Shown here: one piece after another, positions 1 to 10,197 of the stretch
Layout of the letters: the number at the start of each line of letters is the position of its first letter
How positions within the stretch are numbered: the first letter of the stretch is position 1
NCBI RefSeq assembly: GCF_004010195.1
Contig: NC_057720.1
Coordinates: forward strand, 32,680,199-32,700,198
Direction of reading: 5' to 3'
DNA from: Chiloscyllium plagiosum
Taxonomy: Eukaryota
Length of the DNA stretch: 20,000 nucleotides
Notes under the pieces: model-generated
Database searches by the model: none
Seen by the model: only the letters and a program-made list of their open reading frames with translations
Told to the model about the DNA's origin: nothing
Position numbers and translations under genes: made by a program

Positions 1-1839
1 CCATAAGAAAACAATTCATACCTTAACAGTAAATGCAATGGGCTTCAAAGCATCCAGGTCAACAATTCTGAAGCCAAGCCAGATACCTGGTTGGTTCCAG
101 CCTCAGTTCGGGTCACCCACCATGTAACACTACAAAATAGACAGCTTATATTGAGCTTCTAATCTAGACCTGGAAAAGAGAAAATAACTACAGAAAGAAA
201 TATGAAAGTAAGAGTACAATTACATGCTTCAAATTGATTATGAATATCAACATAATTTATTCTTGCATCAATGTGAAAAAGAGATTGTAGGTGATTTGTC
301 AGAGCACACATCTGGTTTAAAATTTTATGTTTTAACAGGTTAAGGGCCATTCCTATAGAAATAATTTTCTAAGCCACTACTGACCCAACATAGCCTTAGA
401 AACCACAGGATAACTTCTCAACACATGGAGCAGCAGTTGCTGAGCTGTGTTTCTGTGTTGTAACTTGTGTATGGAACTAATATAGATATAGCCATACTAA
501 TACTCTGCTTCACCAAAGCACGACAAAAGAAGCAACAACCATGTAACAGCATTACAGCATTATAACTGATGCATTTCAACACATGCAGCGCTGAAGCTTG
601 GTAACAACGAACACTGATTTTTTTTCTATTTCGAAAGCGTTCTAATTCAAGTGTCGGAGATATATAAGACAGGTAATAGCTCTATGTAATTTAGCGGAAA
701 ATAAACCCCCAATTGAATAAGGAGACAGAAGACCAGAAAGCTTTAGCATTGATAGCTTAATCTTTGTGAGGAAAACAAAGAGAAGACAATAACAATATAA
801 TTGGAAATATTTGCAATGATGGGGGAATTATCTGCCAAATAAATGTTTCATTGATAGGTCGCTTTGAAACTGAATTTCCTGGTTATGGAATACTTTATGA
901 AGAAAGGATTTCCTTTTCTTTTCTTTTAATCCCAGTCTCAAAACAGCACACACTACTGCACCTGTGTGAATCCATTTTCATTATCCCTTCCTTTTCCTCT
1001 GCCACACGCCTCCCACAATGTCCAACTTATCATCTCTCTGAGTGAGCTTTTCAACTTGTGCCAGTTGTGGGCTATGGCTTTATGCCCATTAGGAACTGGG
1101 TGAACACAGCCCTAGTCCATTTCACAAAGATTCCTTACAGTCATCATTGAGAGGAGAATTTCTTCCGCTGGTCTGGCTCTCTTTCAAACCCAGGTTTCAG
1201 AGGTGAAAGAACATTGTGCTAACCCACTGGGCCACCCAGTTCTTTTTACCTCCAGTTTTTTTTAAAAACCAACTTAGCTGGAGTGGTACAATGACACAAT
1301 GACAACATCTGTAATACAGCAGGAATGGAACCTTTGGAACTGTTGACCACAATATGACTAAACTGAACATCATCTGGCAACAACCAGTAATAAACACCAG
1401 GACAAAAAATATTTGACTTGAAGAAGGAAAAAGTCAGATAAATGAAACTTGAACTGAATAAATTTACAATGGGATTATAACTGCATGAGGAAAACAAAAA
1501 ACAAATCTTCAGGACCATGTTATTGAATTTCGCAAGATCAATGACAAGCTAAGAAAAATAAATGTGAAGAAAGTAATAATCTCTAACCTGGATGAGAAGG
1601 GCAACTGAAACAGAAAAAGAAGAAAATCGCATATAAAAAGTTGCCCTGAGGCAAATGTTAGGAGAAAGACAGTAACAGAGATGTTTTAAAACAAGTGAAA
1701 AGATATTGGATGCTAACGTGAGATTGAGGCATTATGTCCAACATTAAAGTAATCTTCCAGTATATGAGTAAAAGGATATTTAGAGGGCTCTTGTGGCTCT
1801 GGATTAGGAAGACTAGATTCAAGTCCCACTTACTTCAGA

Positions 1840-1966
1840 GGTTTGGAGGTGCCGATGTTGGTCTGGGGTGTACAAAGTTAAAAATCAGACAAGACCAGGT
1901 TATAGTCCAACAGGTTTATTTGGAAGCACTAGCTTTCAGAGCGCTGCTCCTTCATTAGGTGGTTGT
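1840..1966 (-). mobile_element. Penelope-like pLTR-derived mini-element (family A) with degenerate hammerhead ribozyme; 11-bp TSD
   Basis: Perfect direct repeat CTTACTTCAGA at 1829-1839 and 1967-1977 flanks a 127-bp insert. The minus strand of 1927-1961 reads CAC-CTAATGA-A-GGAGC-AGC-GCTCT-GAAA-GC-TA-GTG. Confidence 0.8.
1927..1961 (-). ncRNA. Minimal type-I hammerhead ribozyme motif, probably inactive (CUAAUGA instead of CUGAUGA)
   Basis: Stem I CAC/GTG; core CTAATGA; extra A; stem II GGAGC/GCTCT (one G-U pair); GAAA; palindromic AGCT in place of stem III; CUA cleavage triplet. Confidence 0.65.
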
Positions 1967-2305
1967 CTTACTTCAGAAGGATATCATAACATGTCTGACC
2001 AGGTTGATTTTAATAAAAATCTAAAAGAGTGGGTGGAGAAGAAGACTAAATGCTAAAAGCTGCAGTAAAAGTGTAAAATAACTTAAATGATTAAACACTA
2101 AATCAATACCTTCAATGCACATTCACCAGAAATGTGTGATTCGATTGTCAAAATACTCCAATAACCACAGTGGTTATTGAAGTCAGTGTAGAAGACTGTA
2201 CCATTTAAGTTAAAAACACTTGAGACAAATAAATCCCTTGTTAAAAGAAAGTCATATCTGAGAATTGTCCAGCACAGGATTCTACGGTCAAGAAAGAATA
2301 TTGTT

Positions 2306-2517
2306 CTCATGAAGGAATAACTCCGCACTGGTTTCAGGACTGGAAGCAAGGATTATCTGTGAGCTATATTTTGAAAGGTTAACCTGTCTGACCCAGGTAA
2401 GGATTGAAATTAAATTATTACCCTCACAAAGGAATAAGTCAGCATGTTTAGAACTGGAAGCAAGGATTATCTGTGAGCTATATTTTGAAAGGTTGAACAG
2501 TTTGACCCAAATAAGGA
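2306..2517. repeat. Tandem duplication (period ~114 bp) with a 42-bp perfectly identical core
   Basis: ACTGGAAGCAAGGATTATCTGTGAGCTATATTTTGAAAGGTT occurs at 2339-2380 and 2453-2494. Flanks are homologous but diverged (CTCATGAAGGAATAACTC vs CTCACAAAGGAATAAGTC; TGACCCAGGTAAGGA vs TGACCCAAATAAGGA). Confidence 0.9.
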
Positions 2518-3344
2518 CAGACATAACAACAGATAAAATCATGACAATATTAGTTGAAAAATTATCAGGAGGGTATTGGTCTGACTGAAAAAGCAGATAA
2601 AGGTGCCACCTTAAATCCCATGATATAAAAAATGATGTTGGAAATATCTACACCACAGATAGACTTTTAAAAACCTTCAGAAAATCTTGCATGATATACT
2701 TTCAATCCAATAATGTCTTTACAACACTGCTTTGACGAGAAGGATTAGAAATGCTTTCTCCTGGCCTCTTAAGCTACCTAATAAACCCCAGCACGCCGAG
2801 GAACTGACTGTTTCCCCCTTCTCCCCAAAGCACTATTGGGTCCCATCCCAATGATTGGGACCAGCTCCTTCCCAAACATCATCTGATTACACTTGAAGAC
2901 CATTTTCAGCACCTGATTCCACTGATGGCCAATCTCTTCCTCAATCTCTCTTAAGGTCCAAAATAATTTGCTCTTACTCTGTTTTGATGGATTTTGGTAA
3001 GTCTGACTAGCTAAGTCACAATTTTCATGGAGTTGGGCCAGCTTTTTAAAGGGTCATTGATCAAAAACTCTTCCTGATGCCCACTGAAACTGCAAGGCAC
3101 TTTAACTTATGTAAATAAACGTTGTGAATTTGAGTGATCAAACAGCTCTGGCTTCATCAGAGGCCCAGAAGATAAGACTTGGCTGATCACCCAGACAACC
3201 ATTAGAGAGCTGAAACATCTGAGTCCCAGCTTGATGGAGGGTTCTGCATGTCTATATCTGGGTTTCAGATGGAGAAACTTTAAATGGTCTGAATGACTGA
3301 AGCTTTGATTGAGTGGAGCTTTTGTAAGCATAATGCATGTAATA

Positions 3345-3704
3345 TCATAGAGTCATAGAGTCAGAGAGATGTACAGCATGGAAACAGACCCTTCAGTCCA
3401 ACTTGTCCATGCCGACCAGATATCCCAACCCAATCTAGTCCCACCTGCCAGCACCCGGCCTATATCCCTCCAAAGCCTTCCTATTCATATACCCATCCAG
3501 ATGCCTTTTAAATGTTGCAATTGTACTAGCCTCCACCACTTCCTTTGACAGCTCATTCCATATATGTACCACCCTCTGCGTGAAAAGGTTGTCTCTTAGG
3601 TCTCTTTTATATCCTTCTTCTCTCACCATAAACCTATGCCCTCTAGTTCTCCCCAGGGAAAATACTTTGTCTATTTATCCTATCCATGCCCCTCATGATT
3701 TTAT
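3345..3704 (-). mobile_element. 5'-truncated CR1 (HER1-like) LINE 3' end
   Basis: ORF 3435-3629 (KRDLRDNLFTQRVVHIWNELSKEVVEASTIATFKRHLDGYM...GRWD) is the CR1 ORF2 C-terminus. The 3' tail is (GACTCTAT)n, seen as TCATAGAG repeats at 3345-3365. Directly alignable to the copies at 7108-7650 and 8034-8486. Confidence 0.92.
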
Positions 3705-3829
3705 TGTGGAAAGTTATTAAATAGTTCCTATATTAAAATGTCATTAAAAAGGAAAATGCTGGTGAAGTAGTCTGAAAACATTCCCCACACTGCATCCTGG
3801 AAAGTGTAGAAATGAGTCCAATTCTATCC

Positions 3830-4120
3830 AAGAGAATTGCTGTAATTGTCCTGGATGCCATAGGGCTGCCTCAACTTTGTGGCTGCACCCAGGTGTGATT
3901 AGTGTGTTCCTGATTTGAGCATTATACATGGTGGAAATCCTTTGAGCAGTCAGGAATTAAGCACTGTGTGTTGATTACTCTATGTGTCCTACTTGTGAAA
4001 TCAGTCCATTCTCTGCTTGATGTAGGATGTTAATGATGGGCAATGGCAAGGTAGCTGAGTCTTTTTCTTGGAGATTCTTGTTATGTGGCTCTTATGAAAC
4101 ATGTATGTTATCTGCCATTT
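3830..4120 (-). mobile_element. Old CR1/L2-clade LINE ORF2 C-terminal fragment
   Basis: The minus strand gives KWQIT... and STMYNAQIRNTL (cf. TIYKAQVRSVMEY), followed by ATCCAGGACAA (IQD). Heavily mutated. Confidence 0.55.
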
Positions 4121-4296
4121 CTCAATATGGAGTGCTATATAAATGAAAAGCCTTTCTTTTAGAAAGGTCTTAGCAGAAGGTCAAGCTTGATAGATAATGT
4201 CCACTGGCCACCAAGCTTGTTGATCCCATATTGGCAAAGGGAAATCCAGTTTGCATTCTGTAGCCCCAAGGTTCAATAATAGTTGACTCGCTAAAA

Positions 4297-4465
4297 TAGT
4301 TCAATTGGCTGATTGGTTTGCGATTCAGAGCGACGCCAACAGTATGGATTTAATTCCTACACCCTAGCTGAGGATACCATAAAGGACTCTCCTTCTCAAC
4401 CTCACCCTTTGCCTGAGGCATGGTGACCCTCAGTTTAAACCACCAGCATGAGAGAGCAGCCTGGC
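4297..4465 (+). mobile_element. Degenerate tRNA-derived SINE
   Basis: A-box-like TAGTTCAATTGG (~4298-4309) and B-box-like GGATTTAATTCC (~4346-4357). The body GCTGAGG..ACCAT.AAGGACTCTCCTTCTCAACCTC...GCCTGAGGCATGGTGACCCTCAG resembles a recalled shark SINE. Confidence 0.6.
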
Positions 4466-4603
4466 TAGGCAAGTCAGAGCGATGAAAAGCTTGAGCCCTT
4501 GTGTTCTGCAGTTTCCTTCCCTGACAGAGTGCTTGTGGAAAGTGGCTTAACGTGGTCAAGGTAAATTATTAAAATATATTGATAGAATATCATGCAAATA
4601 TTA

Positions 4604-4955
4604 GGGGTGCAGTAACATAGCAATCATTTGCTCGAATAATAATCCAGAGGTGGGGGTCAAAATCGTACCATAGCAGTTGGGAAACTGAAAATAAATAATT
4701 CATTAAATAACATTCGGAATGAAAAGGCAGACCCAATAAATGTGCTCATGAAACAACCGGATAGTCCTAAAATCCATTTATTTTATTATGGAAGAAAATG
4801 CATTGGCCTTACCCACTCTGCCCCCCAGCAATGTGAGCTTGCAAGCCCTTCATTGGATACTACATGGTAACTCACCACCTTTTGAGGACATTAGGATTTG
4901 ACAATAATTGCTGATTTTGCCAGTGATACCTCACTGTGAATGAATAATTCAAAAA
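4604..4955 (+). mobile_element. Degenerate tRNA-derived SINE with L2-like (TGAA)n 3' tail
   Basis: Decayed A/B-box region (AATCCAGAG...GGGTCAAAATC), central CATGAAAC...GGAAGAAAAT...CCTTACC, and 3' CTCACCACC...CAATAATTGCTGATTTTGCCAGTGA...GAATGAATAA. Matches a recalled abundant shark SINE. Confidence 0.6.
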
Positions 4956-5189
4956 GCTAATTAATGAACAATTTTTCAAATGTTCCTTTAAGCAATTAAA
5001 CACAGCATCAGTAGTAATGACTCTCACAAGGGAGGGCTATCAGTCACTGTGATAACTCTACTCTCATTATGTAGCAACAGTAAACTGTTGACCCCATCTT
5101 TTAATTCTTTCCCATTGCAATTTTCTTAAACAATTAACCAGGTCAGTAAAAATGAAATGTGACAAACTGTGATTTTTTTTAAGGTTTGT

Positions 5190-5508
5190 GAGCGGCACAG
5201 TGGCACAATGGTTAGCACTGCTCCCTCACAGCGCCAGAGACCCAGGTTCAATTCCTACCTCAGGCGGCTGACTGTGTGGAGTTTGCACATTCTCCCTGTG
5301 TCTGTGTGGGTTTCCTCCAGGTGCTCTGGCTTCCTCCCACAGTCCAAAAATGTGCAGGTTAGGTGAATTGGCCATGCTAAATTGCCCCTAGTGTTAGGTG
5401 AAGGGTAAATGTAGGGGAATGGGGTCTGGGTGGGTTGCGCTTCAGCGGGCTGGTGTGGACTTGTTGGGCCGAAGGGCCTGTTTCTACACTGTATGTAATC
5501 TAATCTAA
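5190..5508 (+). mobile_element. HE1-type V-SINE, essentially full length
   Basis: tRNA-like head with A box TGGCACAATGG (5201-5211) and B box GGTTCAATTCC (5245-5255). V-domain GTGTGGAGTTTGCACATTCTCCC...GGGTTTCCTCC...TTCCTCCCACAGTCCAAA (~5275-5350). CR1-like 3' end TTGGGCCGAAGGGCCTGTTTC and (TAATC)n tail. Confidence 0.92.
5201..5255 (+). promoter_or_regulatory. Internal RNA polymerase III type-2 promoter (A and B boxes) of the SINE
   Basis: TGGCACAATGG and GGTTCAATTCC are close to the TRGCNNARYGG / GGTTCRANTCC consensus, with tRNA-like spacing. Confidence 0.75.
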
Positions 5509-5689
5509 GCTGAAAATTATCATCGATTTTAGTTAAAACACATCTACCTGGAGAATAACAATATTGTATATAACTCTCACTGAAAGTGAATGTCATGGTG
5601 TGGGACTACCTCTCACCATTATGTTAATAACATCTTGTTGCTCTTTCTTTTTGAGAGGACTGCAAAACAAGAAATGGCCACCTTTACGA

Positions 5690-5800
5690 TCTGTAATTAT
5701 CATCTGAGCATATGGAACGGCCTTCAGGGTAGGATAGTAATGCAGTTGGATAAAAAGTGCCTCAAAGAATTTTGGTCGTGTATGAAGGAAGCAAGATGGA
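5690..5800 (+). mobile_element. Old CR1 ORF2 C-terminal relic
   Basis: Translation SIWNGLQGRIVMQ...LKEFWSCMKE resembles the CR1 motif xWNxLPxxVVEA...FKxxLDxYM. Confidence 0.4.
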
Positions 5801-7107
5801 TCAGAAAAAAATGACTTTGTCTCAACAGATTTCATTACTCAGCGTCTGAAGGGTAATCATCATTCCAACCTGCTTGGTGACAAACAGTAGTATCGGTGAG
5901 AGAACAGGGAGAACAAAAATAGAAAGAAAAAAGTCAATTAAATATTGTGAAGAAAATATTGATTAACAAGATAAGCTTGCCTTCTAAGCAAAAATTTTGT
6001 TCTACTCACTTTAGATGTTGAATCAATACAAAAGGTGTCAAATGCTGATGCTTTGTTTTAATAATGCATCTTAATTCCAAACTTCAGAAGAACACTTCCA
6101 ACTGAACTGGGGTCAATTTACATTTCCCACAGTGGTTATTCTTGCTTCTGTCTCTTGTTACTTTTTCACCTGTGTAAACAAAGTATCAGCTTTTATGGCC
6201 CCTATCAAGGAGACCCAACAGAGATTAATAGCTTTTGAAGGGGCAGGTTTAATAGAGTAATTACATTGAGTATTCAAATGATGTCTTTTAATTGCAACAG
6301 TGAAAATTAAGCACTATGTGAGGGCTGTCTAACTCAGCAGATGAAACCATGTTTATTTTAACTCACTGCCCATCAACTGAATGACAATATGTGCTATTCA
6401 GTCACTCACTGAAGTTGGACTCGTATCAGGGAAGCAGGAGAGCTGCTACTGTTGATGTCAGTCTGTGAAAGAAAGCAAGCCAATGATGGCAGCAAGGGAG
6501 CAGCTACTGAAAATATTCAAAGATAATTTAGCATGGGAGTCAGTCCTGTAAATCCCACAGGAGGGAACCATTTGGAAATTGTGAAAGCACCACTGCTAAA
6601 ACTGGAGAAATTCTCCCCCCCCCTGCAGCCATCCCAGGGAAGGGATGTTGAACCATGGGATTGAGCTGTGATCAGTGGGCATTTCAATGCATCGAATTGC
6701 AAGTCCATCGTGGATCTAGTAAAGGCCATATACTCCTGCCCCCATACGACAGTAACTTGGACTAATGTTGGGGTGGGATTGGGGGAAGGGTGTAGCACTC
6801 AGGTTGGGAGAGGGATGAATACATCTCTGGGATGGATGCATGTTTACTCCGTGTTTCATTGTATCTGTTACTTTGCAGAATGTTTTGTACACTAGCCAAA
6901 GATTCAATGTTTCTCTACTTCCTCTATACTTACTGAGTAAAACAAGGTATGTCTCCTCTCCACCCACCCACCACCTTGCTTCTACTTAGTTGGTCAGAAT
7001 CATTCATTCCACATATTTTGGCACTGCTGCATCTTTTATTACTTTCACAAGTTTGGTATAATAGATTTCGCAGTGTGAACCTCCCAGCACTCCTGTATTT
7101 TTTGAGG

Positions 7108-7650
7108 AATTCTGGTTTCCCTGTTATAGGAAAGATGTGATGAAACTTGAAAGGGTTCAGAAAAGATTTACAGAGATGTTGCCAACATTGGAGAGTTTGA
7201 GCTATAGGGAGAGGCTGAATAGGGTGGGACTATTTTCCCTGGAGTGTTAGAGGTGGAGGGGGTGACCTTATAGAAGTTTATAAAATTATAAGGAGCACGC
7301 ATAGGATAAACAGTCAAGGTCTTTTCCTCAGAGTAGGAGAATCCAAAAATCGAGGGCATGGGTTTAAGTTGAGAGGGGAAAGATTTGAAAGGGACCTAAG
7401 GGATAACGTTTTCACCCATTGGGTTGTGCGTATATGGAATGAGCAACCAGAAGTGGTGATGGAAGCTGGTAAAACTGCAACATGTAAAAGGCATCTGGAT
7501 AGGTATATGAATAGAAAGGGTTGAGAGCAATATCGACCAAATGCTGGCAAATGGGACTAGATTAATGGAGAATATTTGGTCGGCATAGTCAAGTTGGACC
7601 AAAGAGTCTGTTTCCGTGCTGTACATCTCTATGACTCTCAGACTCTAAGA
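7108..7650 (+). mobile_element. 5'-truncated CR1 (HER1-like) LINE 3' end
   Basis: Translates FWFPCYRKDVMKLERVQKRFTEMLP...LSYRERLNRVGLFSLE*...DLIEVYKI...RDLRDNVFTHWVVRIWNEQPEVVMEAG...KRHLDRYM...GKWD*, with stops and a frameshift. Ends in CTCTATGACTCTCAGACTCTAAGAC. Confidence 0.93.
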
Positions 7651-8033
7651 CAAAGAAGAGGATACCAAGTAGGTCAGACTGCAGCAAAGACACATTTATC
7701 AACTTGCTGGTACTAGTAAATGGCTATTGCATATTTAACCAGTTTCTTCAAGAGACTATTAACTTTGCAGGTATCATAAATCTTGTCCATTTTCTTAACC
7801 AGGAACATGTGTTTTCAATAAATGTCACTAGGTGGTGCTATACATTTTAAGATAATATTTTTATTTTGCGCCCTATTTCAACTGGAGTGCACCTTATGCA
7901 ATGGTTATAAAAGAGCCTCCTGGCTGTGCACCATGATCAAAACCTTCCTGGCCAATTCCATTGCCATTAACATAAGATTTACCAAGAGCACAGAGGTGGC
8001 ATGGGTGTTTTTCAAATTTAACATTCACATGAC

Positions 8034-8486
8034 TAGAGTCATAGAGTCATAGAGATGTGCAGCACGGAAACAGAACTTTCAGTCCAACTCATCCATGCCA
8101 ACCAGATATCCTAACCTGATCTGGTCCTGTTTGCCAGCACTTGGCCCAAATCCCTCAAAACCCTTTCTATTCACATACCCATCCAGATTCCTTTTAAATG
8201 CTGTAATTGTACCAGCCACCACCACTTCCTCTGGCAGTTCATTCCATACATGCATCACCCTCTGTGAGAAAAGGTTGTCCCTTAGGTCCCTTTACATCTT
8301 TCCCCTTTCTCCCTAAACCTATGCCCTCTAGTTCTGGACTCCCCCACCGCACGGAAAGGACCTTGTCTATTTATCCTACCCATGCCCCTCATGATTTTAC
8401 AAATCTCTATAATGTCACCCCTCAGCCTCCAATTCTCCAGGGAAAACAGCTCCAGCCTTTTCAGCCTCTCCTTATAGCAAAATCCT
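8034..8486 (-). mobile_element. 5'-truncated CR1 LINE 3' end
   Basis: ORF 8282-8515 contains YKERLKRLELFSLENWRLRGDIIEICKIMRGMGRINRQGPF..GESRTRGHRF. TAGAGTCATAGAGTCATAGAG tail at 8034-8054. Confidence 0.93.
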
Positions 8487-8602
8487 AGGAAAGGTTGGAG
8501 GGATATGGGCCACAAGTGGGCAATTTAGTTTAGGATTATATTTGGCATGGACTGGTTGGACCGAAGGATCTGTTTCTGTGCTGTATGACTCTATGACTCT
8601 AT
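8486..8602 (+). mobile_element. Very short CR1 3' end fused head-to-head to the preceding copy
   Basis: TAGGAAAGGTTGGAGGGATATGGGCC...GTTGGACCGAAGGATCTGTTTCTGTGCTGTATGACTCTATGACTCTAT is homologous to 7512-7640. Confidence 0.88.
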
Positions 8603-9029
8603 AAAATAACACACATTACATTTCACTTTTTGTCATCAAAATTTGTTGAGATTAGCTTAGTCAGCAACTTAAATGTCTGGGCTCCCTCATGGTTGGTGCA
8701 CATAGAGGGGAGTTGGAGACATTTATTTTTCACAGAATGAATGATGGCCCAGATGTTTTGATGGACAAACTGTCAGAGCAGCACAGACTGGAGTTGCATG
8801 TCAGGACCAAGTGGGATGGCAAATGCCACAGACTCTGTGGGAATTGCCCAAGAAATTGAAACATCTGACGGGCAACTCCCCTGCACCTGGATCTCTCTGA
8901 GAAAGCTCCTTAAAGTTGGAGGATTTGGTGGGTTCTGACTCAGTGAAGCTTAATAATTACCTAAGGAAAATTAAAATGTTAAGAACCTTCTCTAACTCCT
9001 AGCTAACTTCACGATCCCAAAAACTAACA

Positions 9030-9560
9030 ACTTACCCCTGCTAACCAGAGTCATCCCCACTCACTCTTGACCACCAGACACACCATTCTCCACCTACCTG
9101 ATCCACTGCCTCCTTCCACTGATCTCATAGCCCCTATCAACCTACTACTCCTCATTCCTCATTGGCTCAAGCCTGCTGGATCTGACAAGCCCCTCACACC
9201 TCACGCCTCGACCCTCAGTCCACCTGATCCGACACTCCCCACCAACCTCATCATTGGTGGACAATCCTCCAACTACCAACCTACCCTAAGTTCCCATTCA
9301 CTTACCTGACCACCCAGCACCCTACCCACCTCACACACGTGTCACCCTATCTAATTCACCCACTTAGAACCCTATCTATCTCACCCACCTGATCCCTATC
9401 TACCTCACCCACCTGAATCCTACCCACTTCACCTACTTGGAAGCCTACCCATCTGGCACCCTACTGACCACATCCACCAAAACACGCTATCACCTCTTAC
9501 CCACCTAGTACTCTAAACCTTCAACCAACTGTTACCCTAACCCTCTTAGTATCTTATCTA
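9030..9560. repeat. C-rich, G-poor low-complexity tract with degenerate CACCTACC/TCACCCACCT motifs
   Basis: Recurring units, e.g. CTCACCCACCTGA at ~9380-9392 and ~9404-9416. Strong strand skew. Confidence 0.7.
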
Positions 9561-9995
9561 CTAACCATTTCACAGGAGCTTTTGAAAAAACTGGTTAAAT
9601 ATACAATAGCTATTTACTAGTACAGCTGGCTGCAGTACTGTACATTTAACTCACAGAATTTAGCACACTGATTGTTACTAAAGGGTTTATGGTTTCTATG
9701 AAGATCTAGGCTGCTGGATTCCTGGAAATGTTAGCAACAGGAGGCTCATGTCCAGGAATCTCCATAATAGAAGATATCCAAAGCTAAGAGGGTAATTTTT
9801 TTATCCACTCAGAGTTGGAAATAGGATTTTTGGAAGTACTTTTTTTTGTTTGCTCTTTAATGGACATTCATGTGAATGTCCCATGTTGTACTCACCATGC
9901 TATGACTGAACTTGCAGGCTCAACGGACTCTCCATTCTATGTTGTGGAAAGGACATGGTCTGGAAACAATCCCAGTAGGTATAATTGAAATGTTG

Positions 9996-10197
9996 AGAGT
10001 GTGTTGCTGGAAAAGCACAGCAGGTCAGGCAGCATCTGAGGAGCAGGAAAATCGATGTTTCAGGGCAGAGACCTTCATCATCTCTGGCTCGAAACGTCGA
10101 GTCTCCTGCTCCTCGGATGCTGCCTGACCTGCTATGCTTTTCCAGCAACACACTTTCGACTCTGATCTGCAGCATCTGCAGTCCTCACTTTCTCATC
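9996..10197. mobile_element. Fold-back Penelope-like pLTR-derived mini-element (family B, copy 1); 12-bp TSD
   Basis: ATTGAAATGTTG at 9984-9995 and 10198-10209. Inverted arms ~9992-10061 and ~10091-10160. The right arm extends into the GATCTGCAGCATCTGCAGTCCTCACTTTCTC tail. Hammerhead remnants: TGATGA...GAAACATC on minus and GAAACGTC at 10091-10098 on plus. Confidence 0.85.

Larger units (their letters stand above)
1785..2022 (+). mobile_element. Degenerate short tRNA-derived SINE-like element, split by the 1840-1966 insertion
   Basis: B-box-like AGATTCAAGTCCC at 1815-1827. Removing the insert and one TSD restores ...GTCCCACTTACTTCAGAAGGATATCATAACATGTCTGACCAGGTTGATT..., which resembles a short shark SINE as I recall it. 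Confidence 0.4.
1400..2690 (+). mobile_element. Ancient, highly decayed CR1-clade LINE ORF2 relic (interrupted by younger insertions)
   Basis: Scattered translated patches resemble CR1 ORF2 in the correct order: GACCATGTTATTGAATTT (DHxxIxF-like, ~1513), NIKVIFQYMSKR (~1740-1776; cf. NxKxFYxYxxxKR), KLKTLETNKS (~2207-2236; cf. LKxNKSPGPD), and ATAGACTTTTAAAAACCTTC (~2659-2678; cf. DFxKAF). Many stops and frameshifts; boundaries approximate. Confidence 0.3.

Noticed and set aside
2339..2494. Two identical 42-bp repeats as a CRISPR array
   Set aside because: Only two units, the intervening and flanking sequences are themselves homologous, there are no cas genes, and the context is vertebrate.
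5190..5262. tRNA gene
   Set aside because: A and B boxes are present, but there is no full cloverleaf or oligo-T terminator and the sequence continues into a SINE body.
8020..8625. TSD around the head-to-head CR1 pair
   Set aside because: The flanks TAACATTCACAT and TAACACACATTACAT are only loosely similar AT/CA-rich sequence.
9900..10175. ORFs of the type RVESVLLEKHSRSGSIRGAG (also 12822-13046, 12838-13137, 18108-18444) as a protein family
   Set aside because: They are chance translations of the non-coding family B repeat, appearing on both strands because it is palindromic.
9996..10197. Family B as a classical MITE or pre-miRNA gene
   Set aside because: The arms are asymmetric, the central junctions vary, and TSD length varies (10-16 bp) instead of being fixed. 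Hammerhead remnants point to a retroelement origin.
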